44,982 nt of DNA from the NCBI GenBank assembly GCA_021432655.1, contig MU271519.1:6023-51004 (forward strand). Direction: 5' to 3'. This document shows, piece after piece, positions 11,160 to 25,308 of this stretch. Source of the stretch: Atractiella rhizophila (lineage: Eukaryota). Position 1 is the stretch's first letter. The number at the start of each line of letters is the position of its first letter. Below the pieces are notes generated by a model that was given only the letters and a program-made list of their open reading frames with translations, was not told the origin of the DNA and searched no databases. A program made the translations under genes and the position numbers.

Positions 11160-14041
11160 TTAAGATGATGCTATGTTGAGAGTTGATACTGTTTCAATGA
11201 CTGTCAGATGATGCTGTAGACTAAATAGACGGTCAGACTCACTATTGTCCATGACTTCCTTCATTCTAGATAGCTGGTCGAGAAGCTCTGCTTTCTCATT
11301 CCTCAGGTTATTGTTCTCGGATTTGAGTTCAGTGTTCTCGTCCACGAGACGTCCATTCTGGTCCTGCAGAAGGGTGACAGTGGTCGAAAGCCGAGACTGC
11401 CTTTTGACATTTTGAATCTCTTTCTCCAAACTCAGCCTCTTCCTTTCAGACTCCGTCAAGGCGGTCCTCAAGGCAAGAATGATCTTTGAAGGCGAATCGA
11501 TTTTATTCCCAGTTAGCCGCGAGATAGTAAGTCTAGGGCTTTCAGGTACGTTCGGAGAGCTAGGATTGAATAGAGACAGGCGCGGGGAATATCTCTTAAA
11601 CGAAGTCGACGTAGCTGAAGCGACCTGTGCCGAAGGCTCATCCTCGCAATCGGCATCTGCTTCTGATTCCCCCGATCGACTCGAAATGTACGAAACGCAA
11701 GTTGCGTAGTCTTCGAATACCTCTGACATGACTGAAACCGCCGTCGCAGGTCTGGTAACAGCATTCCCAGTTCGGGGTCGTTTCTGCTTGCGTGGAGTTT
11801 TAGGGCGGCTGCTTTTACGTGGAGGAGGACGAAAATGAGGTGGTCTGTCATCCGGCGCGAGAAGCGAGTTGAACTCCCAATATCCCGCCACTGGTTCTAC
11901 ACTGACTCGATTCCCAAGGGTTGGAGACAGTTGAACTGGGTCTTGAGGCGATGGTAACATGGCAGAAGTTTGTGGCGGCGTTTTACTAGCTAGGATAGAT
12001 TCCATCGACTGTCTCTCGGCGACTGGATGGAGGACACTACAACTACTCTCCCTCCAACTATCACGACGGACGAAATCAATCGTTGCCCTCTTGCTTGGCC
12101 TTCCGAAGGTATCAGCGGTAGAAAGGCGAGCGGTTGATCCTCTAGACTCTGACAAGCTATTCGAGGTTTCGCTACTTGCGAGATGGGACCTAACGCTCAG
12201 AAGCTGAGAGTTAGAAGATTCACGCCTCTCGAACGGTGGTAACGGTGGTGCTTCTTCGGTATCCTCGACAGTGTCGACTGTGATTTGCGCCAAACTCGAC
12301 GCGCGAGGTTTCCTAGGACTTATACCACCCATCCATTGGACTCCGGATACAGACGCTCCAGTATCTGTTCCTTCTTCCGAAACATCTGCGAGATCTTCCG
12401 TCGCCAAACGAGCAACTGGAGGGACCTGCATAGAAGATGACGATGGTGAAACAGGCACAAGTTGTCAGGCGCGAGTGCTTCCGTCGCAAATGACTCGGAG
12501 ATGGGTGACAGCATGAGCTCCTTCTCCAGCACGGGAAGCGTGATCCTCCTCCTCCTTGACGCAATCCTATCCATCTCTGCAGAAGTAGAGGTCGATGAAA
12601 GGTCTAGCTTTGGTGGTCTCTTCATGATTCGGTTCGTCTCCACCGCTTTCGGTTGTGGTGATGAGGATTGACCCAACTGCCATGGCGGCAAAGAATCATC
12701 TATCTCTTGGAGATTCGATATCCCTAATCCTTCTACGGATAGCGGCGCGGACGCCACCATTCCTGACGCTCGTGCTTGTGGTGGGGGAGGGAAGTCCGAC
12801 CGGAGTTTTGTGAAGTAATCCCCGATCAGAGGACTCGGAGATGGTGATGCAACCCTTCATCGTCGGGAAATTCTGGACCTTGTGAGGAGACCTGAGGAGA
12901 GGGATGGGGCGAAGCCGAAGGAAAGAGAGACGGAGAAGGAAGGAGGGATGAGAAGACCGGGTTCCTGCTCAGAGAGGCGGAATGACCTCTGTGTTTCCTG
13001 TGCGCATTCATAATGCTCGCAGTAGAAGGTGAGGTGGAACTAGTTTGCATGCTTCCCAAAGTCTTCGTGCTCTCTAGACTCTTCTGTCTATCCATCACTT
13101 CTGCTGTCAAACCGACGTAGTGCTTGAGCACCTTCCTAGGCAATGGACGTGTCTTCCACAACTCTGTGTCCGCCAGTCGTTCCTGTTCGCGGTCGTAAGA
13201 GTTTGGAGAGGGAGGCGGGTCGAAAGATTCCATCCGAAGACTCTCGCGCCAAGCTTCCACGTCCTCTGGTCCACGATACGTCGTTGCTCGAAACGGAGAG
13301 ATGTGCATTTTCTGCATCGGAGAAGCTGCACCCTCTCGCCTTTGCTCTCTTTCTCGTTCTTCGAAAGTAATAGCGGTGGGAGACCTGTGGTGAGTCTTCA
13401 ATCTTGGAAGAGAAGAGATAGCTCGGATGACCGGATTTCCTTTTCTCTTGATATTGTCATTGATAGGATGAGAGGAGGGAGAAAGAGCGATAAGTTGATC
13501 ATTAGTCAAAACCCTCCGCTTGCCACCTCTCAGGTGTGAAAGGTGCTTCGCGCCAGATTCTTGACTCGGCCTTGTATTAAAGATAGAAGAGAGGGATGGC
13601 CGTCCAGAACTTTCTTTCTTGCTCGCAGCGGGAGTGGCCCTTTCGCTCGGAGACTCACAGAGCGGGCGGGAAGGATGTTCGTAAGGAAGAACTGGGGAGG
13701 AGCTTTTCGAGTTGGGTTTGAGAGCGAAACGGCTAGACGAAGGAGATTCGTATTGACTCGACGTGGGTGTAGTAAACCGCGTTACAGGGGAATAGTTGAG
13801 CTGGCTCACGGGAGAAGACACGTTTGCTTCAAGGTCAGGGCTGCGAGGACTGGTAGCTGCGAGTGAGCCTGAAGGAATTTCAGCTCAGATTTCTCCATTT
13901 CATGTTGTTCGATACAACCCCGCTCTCCAGAGATTGAAGGAACTTACCGTCGCGTGTACCATCCTCAGACCTGAGAATCTCGAGCGTTTCCATTGAGCGA
14001 GGGTCCACAGCCAATCGTTTCCCTTTCATCCTCAGATCCAT
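11160..14041 (-). CDS. Ser/Pro-rich protein with C-terminal coiled coil, interrupted by two apparent 1-bp frameshifts (pseudogene or sequence error)
   Basis: Three consecutive ORFs (12826-13821, 12320-12760, 11160-12458) of the same composition join if one base is added at ~12854 and one at ~12463. The first exon (ATG 14041, 14029 or 13993) splices in phase via gtaagt..gaag intron 13947-13827. Heptad region LVDENTELKSENNNLRNEKAELLDQL. Confidence 0.6.
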
Positions 14042-14774
14042 GAAATGAGTTTCAGGCGCGGTGCCTGCGTGGCCGTCCTTATAAGCCCCTGACGAAATAT
14101 TCGAAGAACTAGAAACGCCTCTGAAAACGATGGCTCATTCAAATCGTGGCTCTCATGGTATTCGTCACAACTGTCAAAACGATGGCGGCAGCTCGGTCCG
14201 AAATACCTAATGCACGTGATGACATAGTGTAGGTATTGTTGAGGAGGAGAGGAATATTGAGCAATACTCTCTTGAATCTGCAAATTCGTCAATTAGAGTA
14301 GCAGATATCACATTTGTATAGCTTCAAGTTAAGAACGCAACAAGCAAAGCCACATTATTCATTCGTGCACGTAAGTGTTGGTACATTTCGAACGTAACAG
14401 TCAAGGAGTCCTGCGTTTTACGACGCTGAACTGAACGTATTTGGAACGTACTGACGGAAAGCAGAGCATAACTTCTTTTTTTTGGTTTTTTGATTTATTT
14501 TTTTCGAAACCAGGAAACCAGGAAGCCAACAAACGTGTTTAGTTTACTCAGCAATCATTCAATCACAAAACAAGGGAAGACGTGTTTGTTCGCGTGAGAT
14601 CGGTGGGAAAGAGGAGGGAGTATAAACAAAGAATTAGCAAAGACTGCAGAGAATGATTGGACGTCGGTGGGTTTGTTGAAAGAAAGTTCCAAATGAGCGA
14701 TAGAAATGTGCAAAGATGTGCAACATCAAAGTAAATCAGTCAAGTTTCAGTAACATCCAGAGAAGAGCAAATCT

Positions 14775-15088
14775 CGTCACAACCAACGAGATGTGGCACA
14801 CCCTCCTGATCCAGCTCCTGATCCAGGAGGAATGTGCGGTGATAAATGCAAAGCGTTGTCAGGACAATCAGTTCCTGACAATGTAAAGTCATAAATCGGG
14901 AAAACTTCTAAGTGCATCACCTCCCCTCGTAAGGAAAAACGATGCAACCAATAGTTTTTCTCAACAATGCAAGTATGGTCCGTAGACCACTCAAAAATCA
15001 TACTAGGCGATTTGCATTTATAACCGCAAATTCCTCCTGGATCAGGAGCTGGATCAGGAGGGTGTGCCACATCTCGTTGGATGTGACG
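14775..15088. mobile_element. 314-bp foldback/MITE-like element with 78-bp inverted repeats
   Basis: 14775-14852 vs the reverse complement of 15011-15088: 3 mismatches in 78 bp. Each arm contains a tandem ctcctgatccag 12-mer. No TSD is visible. Confidence 0.75.
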
Positions 15089-15298
15089 GACCCCCTTCTC
15101 CAAAAATCAGCGATTCGTGACGTCGTCAAAAGAATGAAAGGAAAGGAAAAGTCAAATTAGGACGGGTTTGATGGGGAATGAAGTCGCACGCCAGGTAACA
15201 GACTTCAAGAGGGATTGACGGTTCGTACGTCCAATCGTAAGCTCGTAAGATAGTTGCGTTTCTTCGTTATGTAGTAGGGTAAGGATTGTTCATTTGGT

Positions 15299-16916
15299 TC
15301 ATCTTGCACGTGGCTGGGTTGTTTCGTTGGCTTTGCTTGAAGCTGAAGCATGGTTAACCATTCTCCGACATCTGAAGTAACCGACGTACCATGAAGCGAA
15401 GATGCAGAGAAGCACGAACTCGGGATAGAGAGCGACTGCTTTGAGGCATTTGCAGTAATGGTTTTCGATCACCTGCAGACGCACGGGTTCTTTTTGTCCT
15501 CGAGGTGGTTTCTTCTTCGCACCATCCCCGTCGTCCTGGTCTTCATCTTCATCCCCACCCTCGTCATCTCCGTGGTCTTCTCCTTTATCATGATGGGCTT
15601 TTTGATAGATCCAGCCGTCACGGTAGATCCACCACTTCTTGACCAGAGAGCCCGGTTTACAGCAAGAATGCCCCAAAGGAAAAGCTTGTAAGAACCTGTT
15701 CCAGACATCCCAATCGCCTATCAAAGGAAAGATTTGCCTCCAATCTGTGGGCTCATTGTCAGGGTCCACGCCGCTCCAAAATACACCGCAGTAAGTCTTC
15801 CCAGGGAACCAGATGTACCACTTTCTGGTAGAGCAGTTGACGTGACACGGCGGTTCGCCAGGTTGTTCCCAGAGCCGATAATGCTCGCCGATCTCTTCAC
15901 AGGAAGACGAACACCGAACAAATTCTTCTTCAAATGCTTCGCGATTCAGATGACGCGGTGTAACATTTGGGAGGTCTGACAGGTCTAATTCCACTCCAAA
16001 GCCATCGGGAACAACACGACATTGAATGGAGCCGTCACGGCGAGGATATTTCTTCATAATATCACTCTCACGGGGATTCAAAGCATATGGGATTGGTTGA
16101 CGCTGAGGTGACTTCGGGACTTCATTGCAGATCAGTGACTTGGGAGTCAGAAGACAAAGACCGTAGGCGTACGATTGATGTGCACTTGTCTGCAAGATTG
16201 CACAAACTCACTCCAACATTGCACAAACTCACTATCCGAAATAGCTTCCTGCGCTCCTTGGTCCCAAATGACGGAGGAAAGGGAGCTTGAGAGCTGACTT
16301 TCGTCCAGATGAGAAAAGGCAGCAGGAGAGAACAACGACGTCGTAGGCGTGCACTCCATCGCATGCGACGTTGGACTGGGCTCTGCGTAGCAAAACGTCA
16401 AAGCAGGTGCAGAAATAGGGGATACGCCTCCCAGAACCGGAGACGCCTGCAGTCCTGGAAGAGAACTCGCTGTAGGATATGGATTCCCAAGGAATGGAGA
16501 TGTGAAATAACTTTCTTGAAAGTCTAGATGTCGAGGCTGCGATGCGGGAGGATGGGAGAGGAACGAATGTGGGATGTACATAGCTGTGGAGCTGCATTAG
16601 CCATGGAGGACAGACAGGCCAATGTCTTACCAGGGACATCAATGCTGGAGCCATTAGCTGTAGGTCCAACACCGTAACCTGCGTTGTGCCCGAACTGGAA
16701 AGGAACCTGAGGGTTGGTGCTGCCAAACAGGCTTGCATAGTTCGATGTCATATCAACATCTCTCCTTCTCAGGAAGGTAGGATGAAATTGAAATTGCTCG
16801 TAGAAATAGGGTTGCATCTCGCTCTGCGCAAGGGGCAAAGGAGCAGCCCGCTTGAGCACTTGGCTCTGCAAGTAGATAGATGCAAGCCAGAAGGGACACC
16901 TATGCCTGGGTACCAA
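15299..16916 (-). CDS. Hypothetical protein: low-complexity N-terminus plus His/Cys-containing C-terminal domain (paralogue of the gene at 39646-41116); start uncertain
   Basis: ORFs 16524-16916, 16147-16581 and 15299-16195 join in phase through gtaaga..cacag and gtgagt..tgaag introns. The C-terminal domain aligns with ORF 40127-41116. Confidence 0.6.
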
Positions 16917-17327
16917 TTCCAGAAGTCAGATCGTTCCATAACACGAACAAAGATGGATGGGCTCACAAGTTGTTCGAGACAGCAAAGTTGTTCCTTTTTC
17001 TGGGCCATGACCACGCTCTGGACGCTTTAAGCCTGCTTTAAAGGAGAGAAGAGTCAGCATATTCGGGAATGTTCTACATCAGTGCGTTCGTTCGATCCCC
17101 GTGAACGCATTTTGGTGGGAGCGGGGATCTATGAAGCAATTGAACGAAATCTTGACGTGGTGGACTTTGAAGGATTTCAAGCCCAAACGCAAAGAAGGTC
17201 AAACAATTTCCGTTACGGTGGTGTGGGGACTCTGGCATGCTAGCTCTCTCTTGCTTTTACTTCTCCAAAAAGGTGCGGTAATCCAGGGTGATCCAAATGG
17301 GATTTCATTTTACATCTCACTGTGCAG

Positions 17328-19832
<2,505 letters not shown>

Positions 19833-21008
19833 TTGTGGAGTTGCGGGGATGGACAGAGCGTGAAATGTAGGGTATTATAACGTATTAGAGTAGCCGGTAA
19901 AGTCAGGAAAGGTGCGCTCGAGTAGCTGAGCAGCTGGTTGGGGAAGAGAGGAAGATGTAACGTGTTTTGTGCTCATAGGCTCCGAATTCACCCGATCGCG
20001 ACACGAAAAACACGTAAGACAACGAACGCGATTACTTCCCGATTTTCAACACTCCGCGAATTATCATAGGTAACCTGTGTAAACCAGGAAACAGAAGAAG
20101 CTGAAGCTAGATGGCAATTGTGTTGAGAAAAAGGTGTAGAAGTGTGGATAAGACATTTAAACTGGAATCCGAATTGTCAACAAAGAGGTTCTTAAGCCTT
20201 TGGCATCAAAACTTCCCACAGTTTGATGGCAAGCCGTAAGTCGAAGTTTTGCTTTGCAGTCATTGGTCTAGATATCTAGAGAAAGTGAGCAGGTAAGCTG
20301 GTATAAAACGTGCAAATGGTATCCCTCCAGTTGCAGTGCCTCGCAGGTCTGCCCACGAGTATTGGCGAGTGTCTAGGACCGTTTGAAGCTCAAGGCGTTA
20401 TAAAGACCCCTGGTATCTGGAGTCTTTAGCTTTCTCTTTGTTCGTGGCGGGCAATGACTTTTCAACTTTCAACCTTCCCTGCTACATCATTCTATGCACC
20501 ACAACGGAAGGAAACCGAAATTCACATCAGAGGGTGATGTTACCTGATTTCAATTGCTTGGCTGTCTTGTCGCTTGCTCCTCGATATGGGAAGATAAATT
20601 AAAGTCCCAATTCACGGCTGAGAACCACCTACGCGACTCTGGCTCAAACCAACTTGAGTTTGACGCCTAAGTATAACTAATTCACCGAGTTTATGTGTCT
20701 CGAAGCTGTCTCACAACGACCTACCACTTTAACAAGTTTCTCACAATCTCACGGCTGATTGTTCCTCTTACAAGAAAACAAGGCATTAGAATGGACCTGA
20801 GTGCTCTCAGACCGCAAGAGGTGTTGAGCACAACTAATTTGACATTGCATCCAGAGCACATATTACGACTGTAAAGTTAACTTGACACATTTGAGGGTAT
20901 GGAACAACTTCAACAATTTTGATCCACGCCAGGTTCATCGCATCACACGAAATCTCCAAGAACGGCTCGTTGCCAACATAGAACCAAAAAACGTTATTCG
21001 TTGTTCGT

Positions 21009-22201
21009 TCAATCATTCGACACATCCATCGCAGCGGAGTCCTCCTTATTCCCACTTCCGCTCGCTCCACCATCCTCAGGCTGTGCCGCTTTCGCCTCTT
21101 TCGGCTCTTTCTTGATCGAAGCAAGCTGAAGGGTTGGAGCAGTGATGATATCGATGCCCGCTTCTTTCCTCTCTTCCTCGATATCGTCCTTCGCCGTTTC
21201 CCATGAATTGAGTCCAGGAGGCCTTTCTCCTTTATCAAAGAAAGCGTTCCAATCGTACGTCCTCGTGAAGGTCCCTTTAGTCGAAGCAGCCTTAGGTCCC
21301 AGTTCGCCTTCGCCGAAGTCGTAGGCATATTCAACTCGCACTTTGAAACGGAACATAAATGTCCCTGTGTGCTTCACTGGACGTGTCGAAGAAATGACTA
21401 TGTGCAGACGGGAAACGAGAAGGAAACGACGTACGACGGACGTAGATAGGTATGCTCTGAGGAATTTGGTCGTCTTCATCTCGCTCAGGATCTGGAATAC
21501 TGATCAATCGAACGCAGTATTTGTTTCTAAGACTCCTAAACCGATATTTCGAAGGATCTTTGCTGAGATTTGTGGGCTCAGGATCTAGAGGAGGAGGCAT
21601 TTCTCCAGTCAACGTTTCTTCGGGAAGTTGTTTTCCGGAAGGGACTGCATCGGCAATTTGGACTTTTGGAGGGATTACTCGATCCCCTACGTAGTGTTCT
21701 CCGATCTCTTGAAGGTAGACGGAGATATCGATGGAATGGAATGTGAGCCAGACGCCGTTCTGGCAGGTGATGCGGAAGGCCACTTCACTAGAGATTACAA
21801 GTGTTACGGATACCTTTCCTTGAGGTCACAGAATAGGAACGTACGTAGGATTTCTACGATGAATCTTTCCACTTGAGATCACACTTATCAACCCAATCCT
21901 TCTTCATAAACGAGAACAAAGCTCACAATCGCAAGAAATCCATGTTCAAGATCAGCCTACTAGTCAACAGCTCCTCCTCAGCCAACATTCTCGGGTTCTT
22001 GTAATGCTTCGAGTTTGTCAATTGCTTGTGTTCCTTCTCAGGAAGAATGGGGAGGACGAGGTCAAGCTCTGGTTCCCGTTCATCCTTGACGGCTTTGAGC
22101 TGGGGGATGATATCAAGGTCTTCCTCGAGCTCGATAGACAGGTGGTCATCTGGAGAGGTTACCAACGTCACAGCATCTGAAGTGTCCGAAGCTGAGTCCA
22201 T
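21009..22201 (-). CDS. Hypothetical protein, 4 exons (duplicate copy 1)
   Basis: Same as 23809-25001, shifted by 2800 bp. Confidence 0.65.
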
Positions 22202-22508
22202 GCTAGCAAGATATCTTTGGCTGCTCCTCGTTGATGGGCAAACGAACGCCTTGGGCCGGCCGAAGCAACAACGGAAGGCCGGCAAAGAAAAAAGTTGCCG
22301 TTGGGCCGCCTGAAAGAACAACTAAAAGGCCGGCCCCGTGTCCCCCCCCCCCCGGGGTAGCTATCAGTGGCTCAGCTGTCCATACAACTGCCTTGGAGCC
22401 TGAGCATAGAGACAATACATAACAACAATGCTTCAGTTCGGTAATTCTTTACATACAGGAATGCCATTTTCTTTCCTCAATATGCCCTCGTGGAGCAATT
22501 TGAATAGC

Positions 22509-23645
22509 TTAGAAGTCATAAACACAAGCTCCGTTCTCAGGTTTCGTGGCAAAGCAAAACTGTTCAAAGTCTGTATCTTCCTTCTTCATCAGTTCCGGAA
22601 ACTTCTTCACGTAATACCTCTGCTTGAGAGTTTCTATGAAGTCATTTTCTATTGACTCAGGGATGAGATGGACTGTGCATCCTCCCCATCCCGCGCCTAA
22701 TTCAGAAAGTCAGTTACAACTTTTAGAACCCGAGAAGGAAAGGAATTGGCAGACCAGTAAGCCGAGCACCAAAGGCACCCGCTTCTCTAGATATTTGAAC
22801 CATTTCGTTGATCTCAGGACAAGAACAGTCATAAAGTTCGTCGCAACTATTCTGACTGAGATTCATAAACTCTCCCAGCTTCTCGAGCATTTCCACCCCT
22901 GCTCCCGCTTGTATGCTGTTCTCCAGGGTGTGACGGAACTGGTAAACCCTCAAACTCTCTTCAAAGACGTGCTTCGCTCTCTTCCAGACTTGTAACTTCT
23001 CTGCTTCCACTTCGAACGGTGCGACCTTAGCATGAAATGCTTCTTTGTCCAACCCCGTTGCAGAGTACACTTCATTCCATGTCATGCCGTCTTTCCACTT
23101 CCCGAGGTGCCTGTCTGTGAGCGAAGACATCTCTTGGAGCTGAGAGATAGCGGTGGAGACATCGTCAGCCGTATTCGCCTTGAAATATGCGTCGGTTAAC
23201 GCTTTCAGTGTCGGAAGGGGGTCCAGAGGCAGCGAGAGAGCGAGAGCCGAGTTAAGTAGGATAGATGCAATTCGGCATTCAACCACCTTTAAAACACTCA
23301 TGGTAAGGCGAACGCGAACATTACGGACGTCGTGAAAAACAAACCCTAAGATTGTAGTGGAACTTGGCAGTCAGATGCTTTTCCGAGGTTACAAGAGTGT
23401 TCGCAATGACAAATGAGAACTTCGGGTCCACTTTCGGCAATGGAACTGGAGTTGCCAGCAGCTGAGGAACAAAGTGTCTGTATGCTGATCAGATGGGGAG
23501 TGTAAAGTAATAAAGTATCGCACATGTGCAACAGAGACTCCGGAATGCTGAAAATTGACGCGCTTTGATCCATCCTGCATCGCAGACAGTTCAGTATACC
23601 ATTCCACTTTGGAAAGAAGACCACGAACCCTCCACTCTTGACACC
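22509..23645 (-). pseudogene. 5'-truncated duplicate of galactokinase (3' exons only)
   Basis: Begins at GVKSGG at the duplication junction and lacks the GEHIDY and PxGxGxSSSAA exons. Otherwise matches 25309-26445. Confidence 0.85.
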
Positions 23646-23808
23646 AGCATCCAGAGCACATATTACGACTGTAAAGTTAACTTGACACATTTGAGGGTAT
23701 GGAACAACTTCAACAATTTTGATCCACGCCAGGTTCATCGCATCACACGAAATCTCCAAGAACGGCTCGTTGCCAACATAGAACCAAAAAACGTTATTCG
23801 TTGTTCGT

Positions 23809-25001
23809 TCAATCATTCGACACATCCATCGCAGCGGAGTCCTCCTTATTCCCACTTCCGCTCGCTCCACCATCCTCAGGCTGTGCCGCTTTCGCCTCTT
23901 TCGGCTCTTTCTTGATCGAAGCAAGCTGAAGGGTTGGAGCAGTGATGATATCGATGCCCGCTTCTTTCCTCTCTTCCTCGATATCGTCCTTCGCCGTTTC
24001 CCATGAATTGAGTCCAGGAGGCCTTTCTCCTTTATCAAAGAAAGCGTTCCAATCGTACGTCCTCGTGAAGGTCCCTTTAGTCGAAGCAGCCTTAGGTCCC
24101 AGTTCGCCTTCGCCGAAGTCGTAGGCATATTCAACTCGCACTTTGAAACGGAACATAAATGTCCCTGTGTGCTTCACTGGACGTGTCGAAGAAATGACTA
24201 TGTGCAGACGGGAAACGAGAAGGAAACGACGTACGACGGACGTAGATAGGTATGCTCTGAGGAATTTGGTCGTCTTCATCTCGCTCAGGATCTGGAATAC
24301 TGATCAATCGAACGCAGTATTTGTTTCTAAGACTCCTAAACCGATATTTCGAAGGATCTTTGCTGAGATTTGTGGGCTCAGGATCTAGAGGAGGAGGCAT
24401 TTCTCCAGTCAACGTTTCTTCGGGAAGTTGTTTTCCGGAAGGGACTGCATCGGCAATTTGGACTTTTGGAGGGATTACTCGATCCCCTACGTAGTGTTCT
24501 CCGATCTCTTGAAGGTAGACGGAGATATCGATGGAATGGAATGTGAGCCAGACGCCGTTCTGGCAGGTGATGCGGAAGGCCACTTCACTAGAGATTACAA
24601 GTGTTACGGATACCTTTCCTTGAGGTCACAGAATAGGAACGTACGTAGGATTTCTACGATGAATCTTTCCACTTGAGATCACACTTATCAACCCAATCCT
24701 TCTTCATAAACGAGAACAAAGCTCACAATCGCAAGAAATCCATGTTCAAGATCAGCCTACTAGTCAACAGCTCCTCCTCAGCCAACATTCTCGGGTTCTT
24801 GTAATGCTTCGAGTTTGTCAATTGCTTGTGTTCCTTCTCAGGAAGAATGGGGAGGACGAGGTCAAGCTCTGGTTCCCGTTCATCCTTGACGGCTTTGAGC
24901 TGGGGGATGATATCAAGGTCTTCCTCGAGCTCGATAGACAGGTGGTCATCTGGAGAGGTTACCAACGTCACAGCATCTGAAGTGTCCGAAGCTGAGTCCA
25001 T
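23809..25001 (-). CDS. Hypothetical protein, 4 exons (duplicate copy 2)
   Basis: MDSASDTS...MDFLRF|GKIHRRNPT|EVAFRITCQNGVWLTFH...IPIYVRL|KHTGTFMFRFKVRVEYAYDF...MDVSND. Three in-phase GT-AG introns (donors gtgagc, gtacgt, gtacgt). No family recognised. Confidence 0.75.
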
Positions 25002-25308
25002 GCTAGCAAGATATCTTTGGCTGCTCCTCGTTGATGGTGCAACGTACGGCTTTGTGCGTGCGGAGGCATCACGTGAGTGCTGTCAAGGACAAAGTTTGCG
25101 TTTGTGCTGCTTAGAGGACGACTTATAGGCCGTGCTCGTGTTCTCTCTCGCTCTGGTTAGCTATCAGTGGCTCAGCTGTCCAGACAACTGCCTTGGAGCC
25201 TGAGCATAGAGAAGATACATAACAACAATGCTTCAGTTCGGTAATTCTTTACATACAGGAATGCCATTTTCTTTCCTCAATATGCCCTCGTGGAGCAATT
25301 TGAATAGC

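Noticed and set aside
23346..24134. 262-aa chimeric ORF across the duplication junction
   Set aside because: It is made of an off-frame reading of the hypothetical gene, 3' UTR and unspliced GAL1 intron sequence. It is a by-product of the junction.
22238..25157. Diversity-generating retroelement template/variable repeat pair
   Set aside because: Changes are not adenine-specific on either strand (T, G and C all change), they follow a deterministic neighbour rule, the patch is non-coding, and there is no reverse transcriptase in the window.
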